From contig DF236956.1 in assembly GCA_000708835.1 (NCBI GenBank), forward strand, positions 62,001-126,000: 64,000 nucleotides of DNA, written 5' to 3'. Both the position numbers and the translations under genes were made by a program. Positions 1-12,293 of the stretch are shown piece after piece. Origin of the DNA: Klebsormidium nitens. Its lineage: Eukaryota > Plantae > Klebsormidiophyceae. Positions within the stretch are counted from its first letter, which is position 1; each line of letters begins with the position of its first letter. The notes beneath the pieces were generated by a model. It saw only the letters and a list, made by a program, of their open reading frames with translations. It had not been told where the DNA came from and did not search any database.

Positions 1-485
1 GTTTGGTGGTCTGCAAGAAAGGTTGCGAAGCGGCGAAAGCTGACCTGGGTCTGTGCTTTCCGGTTTGCATTCTGATTCAAAAAATCTGGCTAGTCAGACT
101 CACGACTTTGGAGTCTCGATAAACTGCTTCGCTTGCAGGACATTAGGATAAGAAGTCGGCTGGATCGCAAAATGTTGCGAGATGAAGAAGAGCTGACAAT
201 CCCGTAGTGCGTTGAGGTCTATGACGAGCGCATTCCGCTGTGATCTGAGGACAAACTACGGGGTGCTTCAGACCGACGAATTGGCCGGTCGACAATTGCC
301 GATCCGTTGATGAGCTTCGAGCTCAGCGTCCCTCGACTTTCCAACAAGAGAAGTGCAGTTCTTTTGGCAAACTAATATGGCCAGTGTGCACGATCCTCTC
401 TCGGGCACAAAATCGACTCTATTTCTCATACTACCGGAGGTCCGAACAACGATTCTTACGGTCCATTGGATTCTGGTGCGTGCAG

Positions 486-2324
486 GTTACCTGGTAGCGC
501 GTTCGGAGCACGGCGCTGACGTGTTCAACACGTCACTTCCGAAGTTTGGGGCAGGAAAGGCGGTCTTGGCGCGCCCGCTGTTCACAGTCCCCTCCGCCGA
601 GATCACCGCGGCCTTCAACTGGCACCCAGGTTAGCCGTCGATATTTTATCCTTTTTATCCTTTTCAAGGGGAAATTGCGGGAAGCCCGACAAGCTTAAAT
701 TAAAGCGGGGCTTTCAACTGGCACCAAGGTTAGCCGTCTTTCTTCAATCGTGTCTCATCGAGAAGATCGTCGAAGCTCAATAGGAATCAGGGCTTTCAAG
801 TGGCACCAAGCTTAGCCGTCGATGTTCGTAATATCTTCAGGTAGATTGGCGCAAGCCCAACAGGATCAGTTTGTACCTTAGCGAGAGACCGAAGAAAGTG
901 AAGCATGGAACAAGAATGAAGAAAGTGTGCAAGCCCGCCTCGCTAAATCGGCAGTGCTCGATTCTGAAGGGGGTTCACACCCTCAACCTGGGATCATCTT
1001 GCGACTGCGACTGAGCAGCTGCCCTTCTTATAGAGAAGCTTTCTTAGGATTCGAGTCGCCGCCTCGCTTGAAGACGCCCCTCTAACGCCCGCCTCCATTT
1101 GTGTGCAGCCTCCTCCCCTCAGGAATCACTCTCCGTCCCGCCCCCCTTCGCAACCAACAAGGACCGTTTGGTCGTCCTCGCCTTTCCGGGGGGGCTCGTT
1201 GGTATGTACCGCTCAGAGCTGCCCCTCCCCCGGGTCCCGAACCTGGCCGCGAGTTTCCCGGGCACCCCTGTCTTCATTGCGATCGTCATGGTGGCTGCCA
1301 CGTGGCAGATTCTCCTGCGCCGGCCCGCCAGGTCAGCGTCCGCCTTTTCCGCCGAGGGTCTCGGGAAGTGGACCGAGGACGACCTCCGCGAGTTCGTCAA
1401 GCAGCACGTCAGTGGCAACCGGGCGGAATCCGGGCGGAACCCGGACAAGTCCGGCCGGAACCCGGACGGAAACCGCAGCTCGGGCTCGTGGCGGGAGTCC
1501 CCCTCGAGCAGCCGCGAGGGGAGCATCGACCGGCCACGTACCCGGGAACGCAGCGTCGAGCGCCCCGGGGGAGAGAGACCCGGGGCGAATCCGCCCCCCC
1601 GGAATGTAGCCGCGGACTTTGCGCGTGCGGGAGAGAAAGAAAACATCCCCCGGGTGCCTGTCAGGCAAGGCTCAGCACGGAAGGAGGACCCGGGGGGGGG
1701 CCTCCGAGAAACGTGTTGGGGAATCTGCGCCCTGGGGCGACTGGTGTGAATGGGCAACTAGAGTTGGTTCGGACGATGTCGCTCCAACTGCCCCCCCGGC
1801 CGGAAGAGCCCCCCCTCATGCGAACGCAGTCGCTGTCGAGCACCCCCGGCGCGACGCAGCGGGCCGCGAGCATTAACACCGACCTAGACGCGTTTCTCAA
1901 AGAAGCGGGCTTCGGCGATCTGTGCAGGACCGAGGCAACCATGTCCCGGAGCAACAGCATAAACTCGGATTTCAGCATGGAGGCGCTTAACACCACGTCG
2001 GTGTCGGGCAGGGCCCCGCAGCCGCGCTCGGCAGGCGGTGTCAATCCCCCCTCGCAGCCGCGGTTTGGGAGCGGGTTACGAACGGGGGGGGGTGAACCGG
2101 GGAGTATGTCAATGCCCCACTTCGTTGCGGAGGATTTTAGCGGCGAGTCGGGGGCGCCGCAGGGGGTGCTTGAAAGGGGGGAGAACTTGGGGGTGCGGCA
2201 GAGGGGGGGGGGAGTGCCGAGAAAGCTGGCGAGTGCGCTGTCCGCAGAGGCGCAGGACATAGAAAAGATTTTGAAGGGGGTCAAAATGGACAATCAACAC
2301 CTCGACCAGCCTAAGTCGTGGTAG
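486..2324 (+). CDS. 3' part of an uncharacterised single-pass membrane protein (At1g75140-like); 5' exons not resolved; needs a frame change near 1600-1750
   Basis: Exon 486-629 (tgcag|...cacccag|gttagc) splices in phase 1 to an exon starting at 1109 (tctaac branch point at 1081, tgtgcag acceptor). Translation: ...AFNWHPASSPQE...LVVLAFPGGLVGMYRSELP...hydrophobic TM (PVFIAIVMVAATWQILL)...KWTEDD, then a disordered tail. The GxVGxYRSxLP-TM-W..DD arrangement recalls At1g75140 (from memory, not searched). The frame-1 ORF stops at 1749; frame 3 continues to 2324. Confidence 0.6.
608..822 (+). repeat. Three degenerate tandem copies of an exon 3' end plus splice donor
   Basis: gccttcaactggcacccag|gttagccgtc (true donor at 630), ggctttcaactggcaccaag|gttagccgtc (GT at 729), ggctttcaagtggcaccaag|cttagccgtc (GT changed to CT at 811). 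Confidence 0.85.
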
Positions 2325-3674
2325 GGGTGAGGGGTGTACGGAAACTGAATTTTCCCGCGGGTTTTCGACGATAGGAGTTTCGGCTCTATATCCTGTTTTT
2401 GGGTAACGAAAGGCTGCTCTCTTCGTCATCAGATGCAAAGGCTGGTTTCAGGAGCCCCTTGGAGTTTGGAGAAAGGGGGAACAGCTGAAAAATCTCGGGT
2501 GAGAGGTGGGGTTACATGGATCATAAGGAACAACGTCAAGTACTCGTTGAGACTCAATCAGCCCACCCAAACAAGGGACTTTCTAGTGAAAGTCCGTCAG
2601 ACGGGCATGCGTGCTGTCTGCGAAATGACACGCACGGACAACTCTCGACTCGATCACAGTAGTCACTGCATCATTAGGGGAACGGCGAAGCCGACCGTAG
2701 TGTGTGAGATTGCAGGATTGCGAGAGTCGTCGAAAGAGTGACGTTCAGCGAAGCTACAGCAGATTACTAAACGAGCGAAAGGCAGAAGTTGCCGAGGTAC
2801 CTGTACAGCGTCAAAGATGCACACTGTATCGCAAAGCCCCTCCTAACGATATACGCATTTGGGTAGGTCAGAATCACACAGCGGACTCGCAACAGACGTT
2901 CAAGTTTGAGGCCCCTAACAGGTCGGCACTAAGAAGCATCGAGTCCAGGTTGAAAGATCATTAAGGCACTAAAACAAGTATAGGTGGACACTTGAATTGG
3001 TCGTGAAATGCTTTTGAAAAGTAACCCAGCATGATGTGTTCAATTGCACGATATGATGAACTTACTTTTCTTACGTCAAGGTAGTCCAATATATCACGGT
3101 GCCATTGCCTGCAGCCCATCGCCCCGCCTTGCTGTTAACGCCGACTCAGCTCGAAATGCAAGCAGCAATTCTTCGGATTCATGAGCCTGTCATGTCCGGA
3201 AACGACTGGCCGCCGCCGTCTGCAACCATATCTTATAGACAACCATGATGCATTACGTACTGAGGGCGGCATGACATGAGCTAGGCGGCCGCGCATGCAC
3301 GCGCGCGGCCTGGATGCGCATGCCATCACTCGATACATGTCGCAAGCACATGCCCAACTGCAATCTGCGCAGCATTGAGCGGTTTGACGCGCCATGCAGG
3401 TTGAGGAACTAATTTGCAGTCACTGCGGCCAGTGACTTACATTGCATGAAGCATCCTAGCTGCGGCTAGCGCTTCTTTCAGGTTGAGATTGTAGATTTTA
3501 GAGGGAGTCCTTTCCTGGTCCATCTTCGTACCCAATCTGGATACAGCGGATCTATGAATATGTCTACATGTCCATTGACATATGTACATCTTAGAAGCAG
3601 CTTCTAATAAATGTCAGTCTGACTTACTGTGAGTCTCTACTCTCCAAACCGACTCCACCTAAGCTCGTTGAGTA

Positions 3675-6600
3675 CTATACAAATCCAAAACCTTCAACGA
3701 CGTGATCCTGCGTGACCATAAGCAGCCGGCTGCGCATCATCTCGTATGAGCTATACGGGGGCAGCATGAAGAGGTGGAAGCACGTGTGCGCCGTGGGCAG
3801 CCAGTCCAAATCCACATACGCTCTATGCAGCCGGAATGCATGCGGCAAGGCGCTAAACCCTGACAACGGCAGGTGCGCGACCGCTGTCGCGAAGTAGAGC
3901 AGCCGCCGGCGCTGCTCTGACGTCATCTCCTCCACCACCCGCCAGAACCAGCGTACCTGGTCGCACTCGGGGGTATATCCCGAGTACTCCGTGTGCAGAA
4001 TCCAGTCGCGGACGTCGATCTCCGGCGACGCGCTCTCAAGAATCTCCTCTAGTTCCGTCTGGCCGACGATTGTCAACGCCCGCTCGAGGCTCTGCGTCCC
4101 GGTGATAATCACCGAGAGCCCCTGGTGAAACGCCCCGAGCTGCGGCTCCGCCTGCGTCAGCAACCGGTAGTTCACCAACCGGTCGATGTAGTCCGCCCGG
4201 TTGTCGCCCGTCACGGCGACATCGCCGCCGCCCGCCACGAGATCGACGGTCGAGATGGCCCCGTTCTGGATGACGTCAGCGGAGAAGGTCAGCCCGAGGG
4301 CCTCGACGTCCCCCGGGGGTAGATCCAGGACTGCCTTGCAGCTGTTGTAGAGGTCCGGGGAGATGTCCCGTGCGTCAGCCCAGGAGAGGGGCTGGCGTGC
4401 GAGGGCCTTGTAGAAGGCGGTGCTCAGAAGGACGCCCAGAGGAACCCTGTATGGTTATGAACGGGTTGGTGAAAACAACTGATTCGTAACACTCGAAATT
4501 TCCGGGTTTGCAAAGGGAGATGTCCCGGGCGTCAGCCCAGGAGAGGGGCTGCCGCGCGAGGGCCTCGTAGAAGGGGGTGCTTAGGAGGACTCGGACGCCC
4601 AGAGGAACCCTGTACGGTTATGATGAGTGGGTTAGCAAACCCATTTGAATAGTCAACCATGCGGAGTGCTTAATCTCGACTTACCGTTATGAAGGCTGTT
4701 TAGGGACTCATGAATCGTATCGCGTTTGCGAAGCCCGGATTGTAAAAGCTTCAAACTGTTTTGCTCAATGCACAAGGAGTGTACAAACAACTAGAACAGG
4801 GTGAACCGGAAAAATCGAGCTTGTTACGTCAAGAGTATCGAGTGGAGGGGTGTACTCATTCGAGAAGCGAGCACCTCGCCGTTGCTTTCTCGACCGAGCC
4901 GGACTTCGACGATTTGCGGATCTGCACGCGTTCAAAACACTTGCAATGCCAAGAAAATGGTCAAAGGCCCTGATCAATGTATTCCAACCACAAGTTAGCC
5001 TTTCCCACCGCCCTGAGATGATCAGAACGCTCTTCTCTGGAGACGACTACAAGTGCGGACCAAATTGCCCTGACTTCTACAAGGATATGTTCATCCAAGG
5101 GTGATATTGCAGACCGCCCGAACAAAGACAGAGACACCTGCAGACTAGAGGGAACAACGCGCCCCCAATCAAACTCTGCCACGTGGCGCCTCACCTGTGC
5201 AGAATGGCAAGCCCCAGCACGTGCCCTGCCAGCCGCATATACTCCAAATGCCTCTTGCACCTGCCGCTTCCAAACGCTTCTCCTGACGCCGGGTTCGGAA
5301 ACACCCTCCGCTTATCTTCCGGCGCCGCGAGGAACAGCCCCTTCTCCTCGCTGAACAGTTCCCTCGCGACGAGCGCAAACCACTCGCGCAGAACGCCCGG
5401 GCCCTCCGCTTCCTCGCCGTCGAAAACCACGCCGAGCCCGCGCTGCAGTTTGCTCAGATCGTTCGTTTCTTCGTCACCAATCATGGACAGCGTTTCCGGT
5501 AATAGGGTCGCCCCCCTGGGGACGATGATCTCGACGCGCGGACCGCCTTCCTCCGGCTCCGGAAACTGCTTCAAGAACCAGGCGACACGTGTCCGGGATG
5601 CCAAATGGCGCCGCGCCGGCGCGTCGAACATCCAGGCCTTGTTTTCGGGGCACGCGAGCGCGATCGCGTCGATTTCCGACTCGTGGCCCGTCAACAGGGC
5701 CTCGAAGCGCTCGAAGAAGGGCGACTGGGGCCCGCCGAAGTTGAACGCCGCCAGGCCGTCGAGGACGTGATAGATCCGCTCACCCAGGACTCCGTTCACC
5801 TGTGAGCGGGCGGAATCGTCCAGGGTCACCCGCGCCAGAAACACCTGCTCGCGCGTGCTCTGCGGATCGTCCGTGAGCACTCCCTCCCAGAGCGCCGCTG
5901 ACGTGGCGCCCCACCAGGCCGCCACGTCAGCATAGAACCCGGGGTCGAGGACTCGTTGCACGCGCGCGTAGGCCTCGCCGAGGCGGCTCCAAACACCCCC
6001 CCCTTCCCAGGCTGCGCGCGTGTACTGGCGCTCCCCCCCCGGGGCGATCTCGGCGACGTCGAACCAGTGGATGATTTCGTCGGCGGCGGATTGCATTGCA
6101 GAGACCACCACGTGGCACAGGACACCGAACGTTTTTGCTTCGGGGAGCGGCTGGAGCCACGCGTGGTAGGAGTGTCCTTCTTCGGTGTAAACGTCGGTCA
6201 GCGTGGTGGTTAACGCGCATAACCTGCGGTTGAAGAGATTGAGTAAGCACAGGGTAGCTTGTGCGATGGAGAAGCTGTGCTGCGCTTCCTCAGCAAACAA
6301 CTTGTTGAGATGAAGCGAACGGCTTTTTACAGAGAAACATATTGAGCGTTCTTAAAATGGAGATGATACTTCATCTACATTAACCTTGGCTCTCAGAACT
6401 TGCGTCCTATTGAGTTCCTTTTCTGAGAGACTGTCATCAGCTCGAAGCCTTCGTCGCTTAGCATCATCTTCAAGCCTCTCTGACGGCCGATTGCGCAGGA
6501 GAGTGGCGGCCAAGAGGAGAGCCTATTGTCATATCATCGAGGCGTTTTCAGGATCGTCTTTTCAGATATTCAAAGCTACCGCCTTGGTTGCGGAACGTAT

Positions 6601-9600
6601 TTAAAGTGCGGGCGAAGTAACCCCCTTCCACTGAAACCATTATCATGGACCAGGGCAATCATCAATAAGCAAGTAACCAGCCCTGACCCACCTGTCCTTA
6701 ACCCGCTCCAGCATCCCCACGAAGAAATCGAGCGCCCCTTGCTTGGACAGTCGGAAGTAGTCCCGCAGCAGCCATTGGCTCTTGCCCGCCAGCGTGGCGA
6801 GCAACGCTGACGTCACTTCTTCGTACGTCTCACGGACGTGGTCCGAATCGTCGGACAGGAGGGCCGTCCAGACGTCCGTCAGCACCGGGAGGCAGTAGAG
6901 CCCGAGGCGGCCCCGGGTGAAGAGGTAGTCCGTCTGGACCTCCGTTACGAAGCCGTGGATGCAGTCCTCCGCGCACCGCCTGCACATTGAGAGCACTTAC
7001 TTGAACTCTCTTGAAGACACCAAAAAAAGGTGCAGATTCAAGACCTGAGAATGAGGAGCTTCTCAGGATTTCTAGCTGGCCGGACTTGCAGCAACTGTAA
7101 TAGATTTTTTGCCACAGCGACCGGGGGGTCTAGGGGAAGAAAGGTACTCGGACCTCCCTCGCGAATCCGTTAATGCAGTCTTTGGCGCAGCGCCTGCAGG
7201 TCAAGGTTCTTGACTGATGTTTCTTGATAATATACTGAACCCGCCTTGGCTTTTCCAGGGCCTTGTAGTCTACAATCCTCAAAGCCCTATCATTCCAAAA
7301 CCCTAAGAAAGGACTCGCAATCTCACTGCAGCAGCGTATGCAGCATCCGATAGCGGCTTGTTGTCCATAAGATGTCCACGACACCCGCCTTGGCTCCTCT
7401 AGGCTACTGTAATCAATCAATCTTTAAAACCTAGATTCTTGGAAAAATCTGGAAGTCGAGCAAGACCCGCCTCTCACCGGCAAAAAGCGTCGGGTGACTG
7501 CAGCAGCGCGTGCAGCATCCTGGGCCCGCCCATCGTCCGGAACACGTCAACGACGCCCGCTTTGGCGGCGCCCCACTCGGAGTCGGCGGCCTTGGCCCGC
7601 AGATGCCGCGCATTCTCCAGGAGGCCCGCGACCTGCGCGCAAGGCAACGTACGAGTCAGCACGTTCATTCAAGTTCTATAGCCGACGGGGACGCCCAAGC
7701 CGAAGTTGCATCACCTCGTACGAGTTGGCATTCTTTTCAAGGATACAATAAAGGAGACGCCCAAGCCGATGTTGCATTTGCGTTGTAAGACTTAGCGCGG
7801 TTCATTCGAATGTTCCAAACAAAGGGAACTCCCAAACCGATGTTGTGAGCGCTGCGCGAGCCAGCGCATTCATTGCAATATGGGAGACTCTCAAGCCAAC
7901 GTCGCATAAGCGTCGTATGAGTGAGCGCGTCATTACATGTTTTGAACAACGTGCGTTCCCAAGCCGGTGCCGCAAAAACAAAGGCGACCTCGAAGTTAAA
8001 CGACAGGGGAACAGACTATAATCAGGAGATTGGACCAAGAAAAACCCACCACACCTCTTGCGCGAATCTGATAAGAAAGTAGGTAATTGGTCATGACCGA
8101 CAAACCATGGATGGTCGGTCAAAAAACCTTGCTTGCGCAGTTACGACAGCCCCCACGGCAGGCAGTAATCAGAAATGAAACGTTTGCTTGCATGGAATCC
8201 CACCTGGTGCGTCACCGTGTTGGCCGCAACCTCCCGCCTCCCAAGCTTTTCCCCGGGGTCCAGCGCCACCTTGGCGTAGTGCAAGAGCCGCTCGGTGAGC
8301 GTGAACGCCCACGGAACCGCGGAGCTGCGCAGCCGGGCTGCGAGCGTCAGCGTGCACCCGCTCTCGAGCGCGAACATGGCGAGGGGCGCGTCGGGGGGCA
8401 GCTCGCGGCCATTGTATAGTAATCGCTGGCCCACGCAGTCGACGCCAGTCTTGATCCTGCAAGTCAGGAGTAGGCAGTGTGGGATTGGATTTAACGAGGT
8501 GGGGGTCAAGAGATGGTCGATTCTGGTTGAATGAGCGTCCCCTCAACTAGTTGATAACGCCCCGGAGGCCGGTTCTTAGCCGTTGTGAAGAAGTCGCCTA
8601 ATCGCCTTTGAAGTGACTGAGTCCAGTTTAGCGGGATACCGAAGTCATTTTCATCAACCGTCAACCATCGAAATCTCAACTTAGTCGCTGCCTAGCCGGG
8701 TCTGAAAGACTACGAGTTTTCAAACAAGACACAAACCGTGACATCGCTCAACACGGACACCGCGCCTAGTCTTTAGCCATACCTGTTCTTCATCAGACCG
8801 CCCCATGCACCCCGATGCCAGACCCTGGATTGATCTTTCTCGCTGGGCAAGCTTTCTAAGTAGACTTGCGAATCAACGACTGGCCTACTGAGTAAACATG
8901 ACGATTGCCGCCAGTCAGCAGAAGATGAATGCAATAATTATGGACCATAACCACCGAGAATCCGGTGCCACGTAAGTTCTACCAATTTCCACGGGCTTTC
9001 AAGTGCCAGAAAGCAGAAGAAGAAAGCAATGACAACGAACCAAACGAACCGACATGCCATGCGAACTACCTCTACCAAATCGGACGGCTCAAGCAATCCC
9101 GGGGCCTCACCTCACTTTCTCCAGCACGGCCTCGGCCCCCTCCGACGGGTCTGCCCGCACGAGCACCATGCGCCCGTCAAACAGCTTCACCAGCAGCTGT
9201 AGTTGCGCAGCCCCCGACGCCAGCTCAGCGCATCTGCACTGCTCGGATGCCCCTTGTTCCTCCTCTGCCGCCCGTCTGCTGACATCACCATCCCTACCGT
9301 CAACGTCGTCGCACTCGATGTCGTCCGCCCTGACGTCATCACATGCAATTTCACCCATGCTGACATCGTCCCCAATGATGCTGCCCGTGTTGGCCTCATC
9401 CCGAGTCGTGCCAATGTCAGCTTCCCCGCTGACCTCGCCGCCCATGACGACATCCTCAAAAATTGCAGAGGGGTAATTGCTAAGATCCAAGGTCATCTCA
9501 TCCAAGGTTGCGCCGGCTTCCTCATCAACTTGTTCGGCCTCAAGAGCTGGCGTTGCACTAACAACGCTGGGAACGGCGCTAGCCGTTGGTCCCAGATCCT

Positions 9601-11247
9601 GAAGCTCAGGTTCTGAAGCTCGCTCCTGCGCCGCTGTCTCCTCAAGCGCGCCACCTGGAATGTTTCCGCTGCCTGCGAAAGCATCCACCATCTCGTGGTC
9701 GCTGGGTGTCTCTCCGTCAGTAGTTGCAGTCTGGCCCCGACTTAGTTCCAAGCCCAGCCCCACAAGAGCCCCAGAAGTGTCTGAAGGAAGAACCGCCCCA
9801 TCCTGGCTTCCTTCATGCACCCTGACCGGAGAGAGTCCCTGGAAGGCTCCTGACTCTAGTTGTTGGTCATCACTGTGTGCGTTTGTGTCGGACACGAAGG
9901 CAGTTTGAAGGGGCAGCGAAGAAAAGACATTTAGCTGCCCATGAATAGGTCTGTCCCCAACGAAATCAGACGGCGGGAGGACACTTTCTGACAGCGAAGC
10001 TCCATTGTAAACAGAGGGCGCAGTACTGGCGTGGGGCGCCTCTGACAGGAAGGGGAAGGAAAAGCTAGCGGGCGCGGCTTCCATTGAAGATGGGAGGAGG
10101 AGGCTGCCGGGTGTTGCTTCGAAGGGGGAGGGAGTCTCTGGCGGCCCGACATGACCAGGTCCACTGGCGTGGGGGTTTCCGCCAAGGCTAGGGTTGAGAG
10201 GCCCATCCCCAAGGTCCTCATTGGCAGGCCCGTTCGGAGGGAGTGCTGAGGATGGTGTACCATGCTTCTGGTGGTTTGGGGTTGCCTTGGAGTCAGTGGT
10301 CTGCAGAAGATGGAGGCAGATTGCTCAAACAGATCTGTGCAGAGACATTGCGAGGAGACAAGAGGTGCCCAAGGGTATCTCAGAAATCGCAGAGAGAGTG
10401 ATCCAGGGGAAAAGTAAAACACTTAAATTCTCTAAATCTTCAGGCTTAAGGCGTGCATGATGAGGAACTTGGATGTTCTGCTGGTTGTATAATTAGCTAT
10501 TTCAACCTCACAGTTGAAATTTCAAGTACCAAACAAGCTCACTGGAAGCTCAAACACTTGATTGTTTCTGACAACCAAAACTTTCACCAAGGTGCAACAA
10601 GCACCATCAGTTGCCATTGATTAGTCAGCAGGCAATGGAGGCGTCTCTGAAATTTTCCCAACTGCTTCATTGTCAGACCTTCGCGCATTACTCAAGATCC
10701 CCCCGTGTCCAATCTTAACGTTCTGCTAGCAACAGTATCTTCTGATGGCTGTGGCCTTTCTATAAACACTTCTGAGTTAGCTCCACTCCTTGCTAATCTC
10801 AACACAGCATATCCCAACCCTGAGGCAGCAGTAAGGCTCCAGAAAAGCAGACTGAAATTTCAACAATGGGCACCATACATCATTTCACCCTGACAGGATG
10901 CAAAGGAGGGCATGTCTGAAAGCCAGTCCCTCTTAGTCAGCCCATTCCTGTCATAAAACCCTCCACATTGCAGATGAGAATGCACACACAGAAGAAGAGG
11001 ACAATCTCCATTGAAAGACATGTGTTAGCAAGCTCACCAGCTCAGATAGATCCCCAGCATTGACACCACCGGACGCGCCCCCATTCTTGTCTGCAGTTTC
11101 CGAAACCCTCATTCTTGTGACACGACCAGTCAAAAAACCTTCTTCGTTGGAAAAATCCTCTCCTCCACTTGCTTCATCCAGCTTGCGTTTTCCTGACGAC
11201 CGTTCATCCTCTGTGATGTTTGCATCCGAGTTTGCAGAATCGTCCAT
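3675..11247 (-). CDS. UPL5: UPL5-like HECT E3 ubiquitin ligase (acidic disordered N-terminus, ubiquitin-like domain, helical region, HECT)
   Basis: Phase-consistent exons: 11247-11038, 10300-9111, 8456-8204, 7632-7478, 6979-6703, 6522-6385, ~6300-5195, 4446-3675. UBL: LQLLVKLFDGRMVLVRAD...QRLLYNGRELPPDAPLAMFALESGCTLTL. HECT motifs: GVVFDGEEAEGPGVLREWF, QVRWFWRVV, catalytic LPTAHTCF. The start codon is uncertain. Confidence 0.88.
4450..4760 (-). repeat. Duplicated acceptor plus first ~90 nt of the last HECT exon, inside the upstream intron
   Basis: 4517-4612 matches 4360-4449 (ccgtacag|ggttcctctgggcgtc... vs ccatacag|ggttcctctgggcgtc...), with a 6-nt insertion. A third, more decayed intronic copy lies at ~4680-4750. 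Confidence 0.85.
7080..7420 (-). repeat. Decoy copy of the acceptor and exon start (RCAEDCIHGF) plus degenerate intronic repeats
   Basis: ctgcag|gcgctgcgccaaagactgcattaacggattcgcg (7193) vs the true gtgcag|gcggtgcgcggaggactgcatccacggcttcgta (6979). The copy reads RCAKDCINGFAREVRVPFFP*. cgccttggct... units recur at ~7225 and ~7388. Confidence 0.8.
7640..7975 (-). repeat. Four to five degenerate ~65-75 bp intronic tandem repeats upstream of an acceptor
   Basis: gggacgcccaagccgaagttgca, ggagacgcccaagccgatgttgca, gggaactcccaaaccgatgttg and gggagactctcaagccaacgtcgca recur at about 7688, 7753, 7823 and 7883. Confidence 0.7.
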
Positions 11248-11249
11248 CT

Positions 11250-12290
11250 TCGCTGCCAATAGAGTACTGCGTCCTTCAGTTCATGGAAACAGAAGACGCC
11301 CTGGCAGTGATGCTTCTCCACAATCACAGCAGCGAACAGATGGCTTTCTGTCTCTGCATTCCTATAGGTAACTAGCTGGAACCTGATGAAGCTCGCTCTG
11401 AAGCCATTGAACCGAAGGACAAGAAGCTGTTCTCCCTCAACCGTCCTTTGTGCTGCGCGTTGTAAGCGGGTGTGCGCTGCGGCTGAACCTGCAGGCTCTC
11501 CCCCAACTGACAATATTGCCATTTTTTCTGCGCATGACTGATAAACCCCTACATATGAACATGATAATACGGGATATAACTTGGTAATGGGGCCATATTA
11601 TTATATCGTCTTTGAGTTTTATGACGGTAAGGCTTATCCCCGCACCCGTAACCATTCTCAGGTAAAACCCGGCACGTAAACCCCGTCAACCATCCCGGTT
11701 TCACTGCCGTTTGTACACACAGCTTTCATATAACAGCTTTGCGACTTTTTGGATCGTTCTTACAAGTATCTTACATGTATCTTACATACATAAGTTATCT
11801 GCAAAAGTATGTAATACAAGGTTTCATCATTCATGCAATTATCATTTGAGAGCAAAATTCAGAGACTTGCTGAAAGGGCCAAGCTTCATCCTGGAGACTG
11901 GAGCCTGGAGGTTCACCATCATCATGTCAAATCATGATGCCTCGTTTGCTGGCGTTGTAATACGGTTGTAATGGCGCATCTGCGGCTGCTCTCTAGCGAG
12001 AGAAATGTGCGTCACTTTTGCCATCGGAGAATGTATGTCAGGGGCAATGTCGATTGCTTGAAAATGTGTTTTGCAGACACATTGGTTGAGTGGAAACTTT
12101 TTTGGAAGAGTCATGCGCTTCCATCTTGTTGAAAGCAAGCTCAGAAGGTATAATATCTGAGCAGTGACTCACGACACGGTGCCCCCAAAAGAGTGCTCCT
12201 CTTCTTTTTTATGGCCTATGATCCAGAAACTGCAGATTCGCGCTGATTTAGCGTTAAGAGTTGCACTCAAGTTCCCTTTGGAGACCATCA
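11250..12290. promoter_or_regulatory. Divergent intergenic region between the two HECT genes (candidate bidirectional promoter)
   Basis: About 1 kb between opposite-facing starts, with an AT-rich core at 11550-11850. Inferred from gene orientation only. Confidence 0.4.
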
Positions 12291-12293
12291 AGC

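Noticed and set aside
1101-1757. Long overlapping ORFs in alternative frames and strands (also 34529-37163)
   Set aside because: These are shadows of GC-rich, low-complexity coding exons with no independent motifs.
3260-3400. Palindrome-rich GC segments (similar texture at ~19200-19900 and ~27700-27800) as ncRNA or TE
   Set aside because: No tRNA, rRNA or snRNA motifs, terminal repeats or alignable copies could be established by eye.
5178-5187. G-box (CCACGTGG) occurrences, also at 1298, 45143 and 58529-58557
   Set aside because: They fall in coding, intronic or unanchored positions and are expected by chance.
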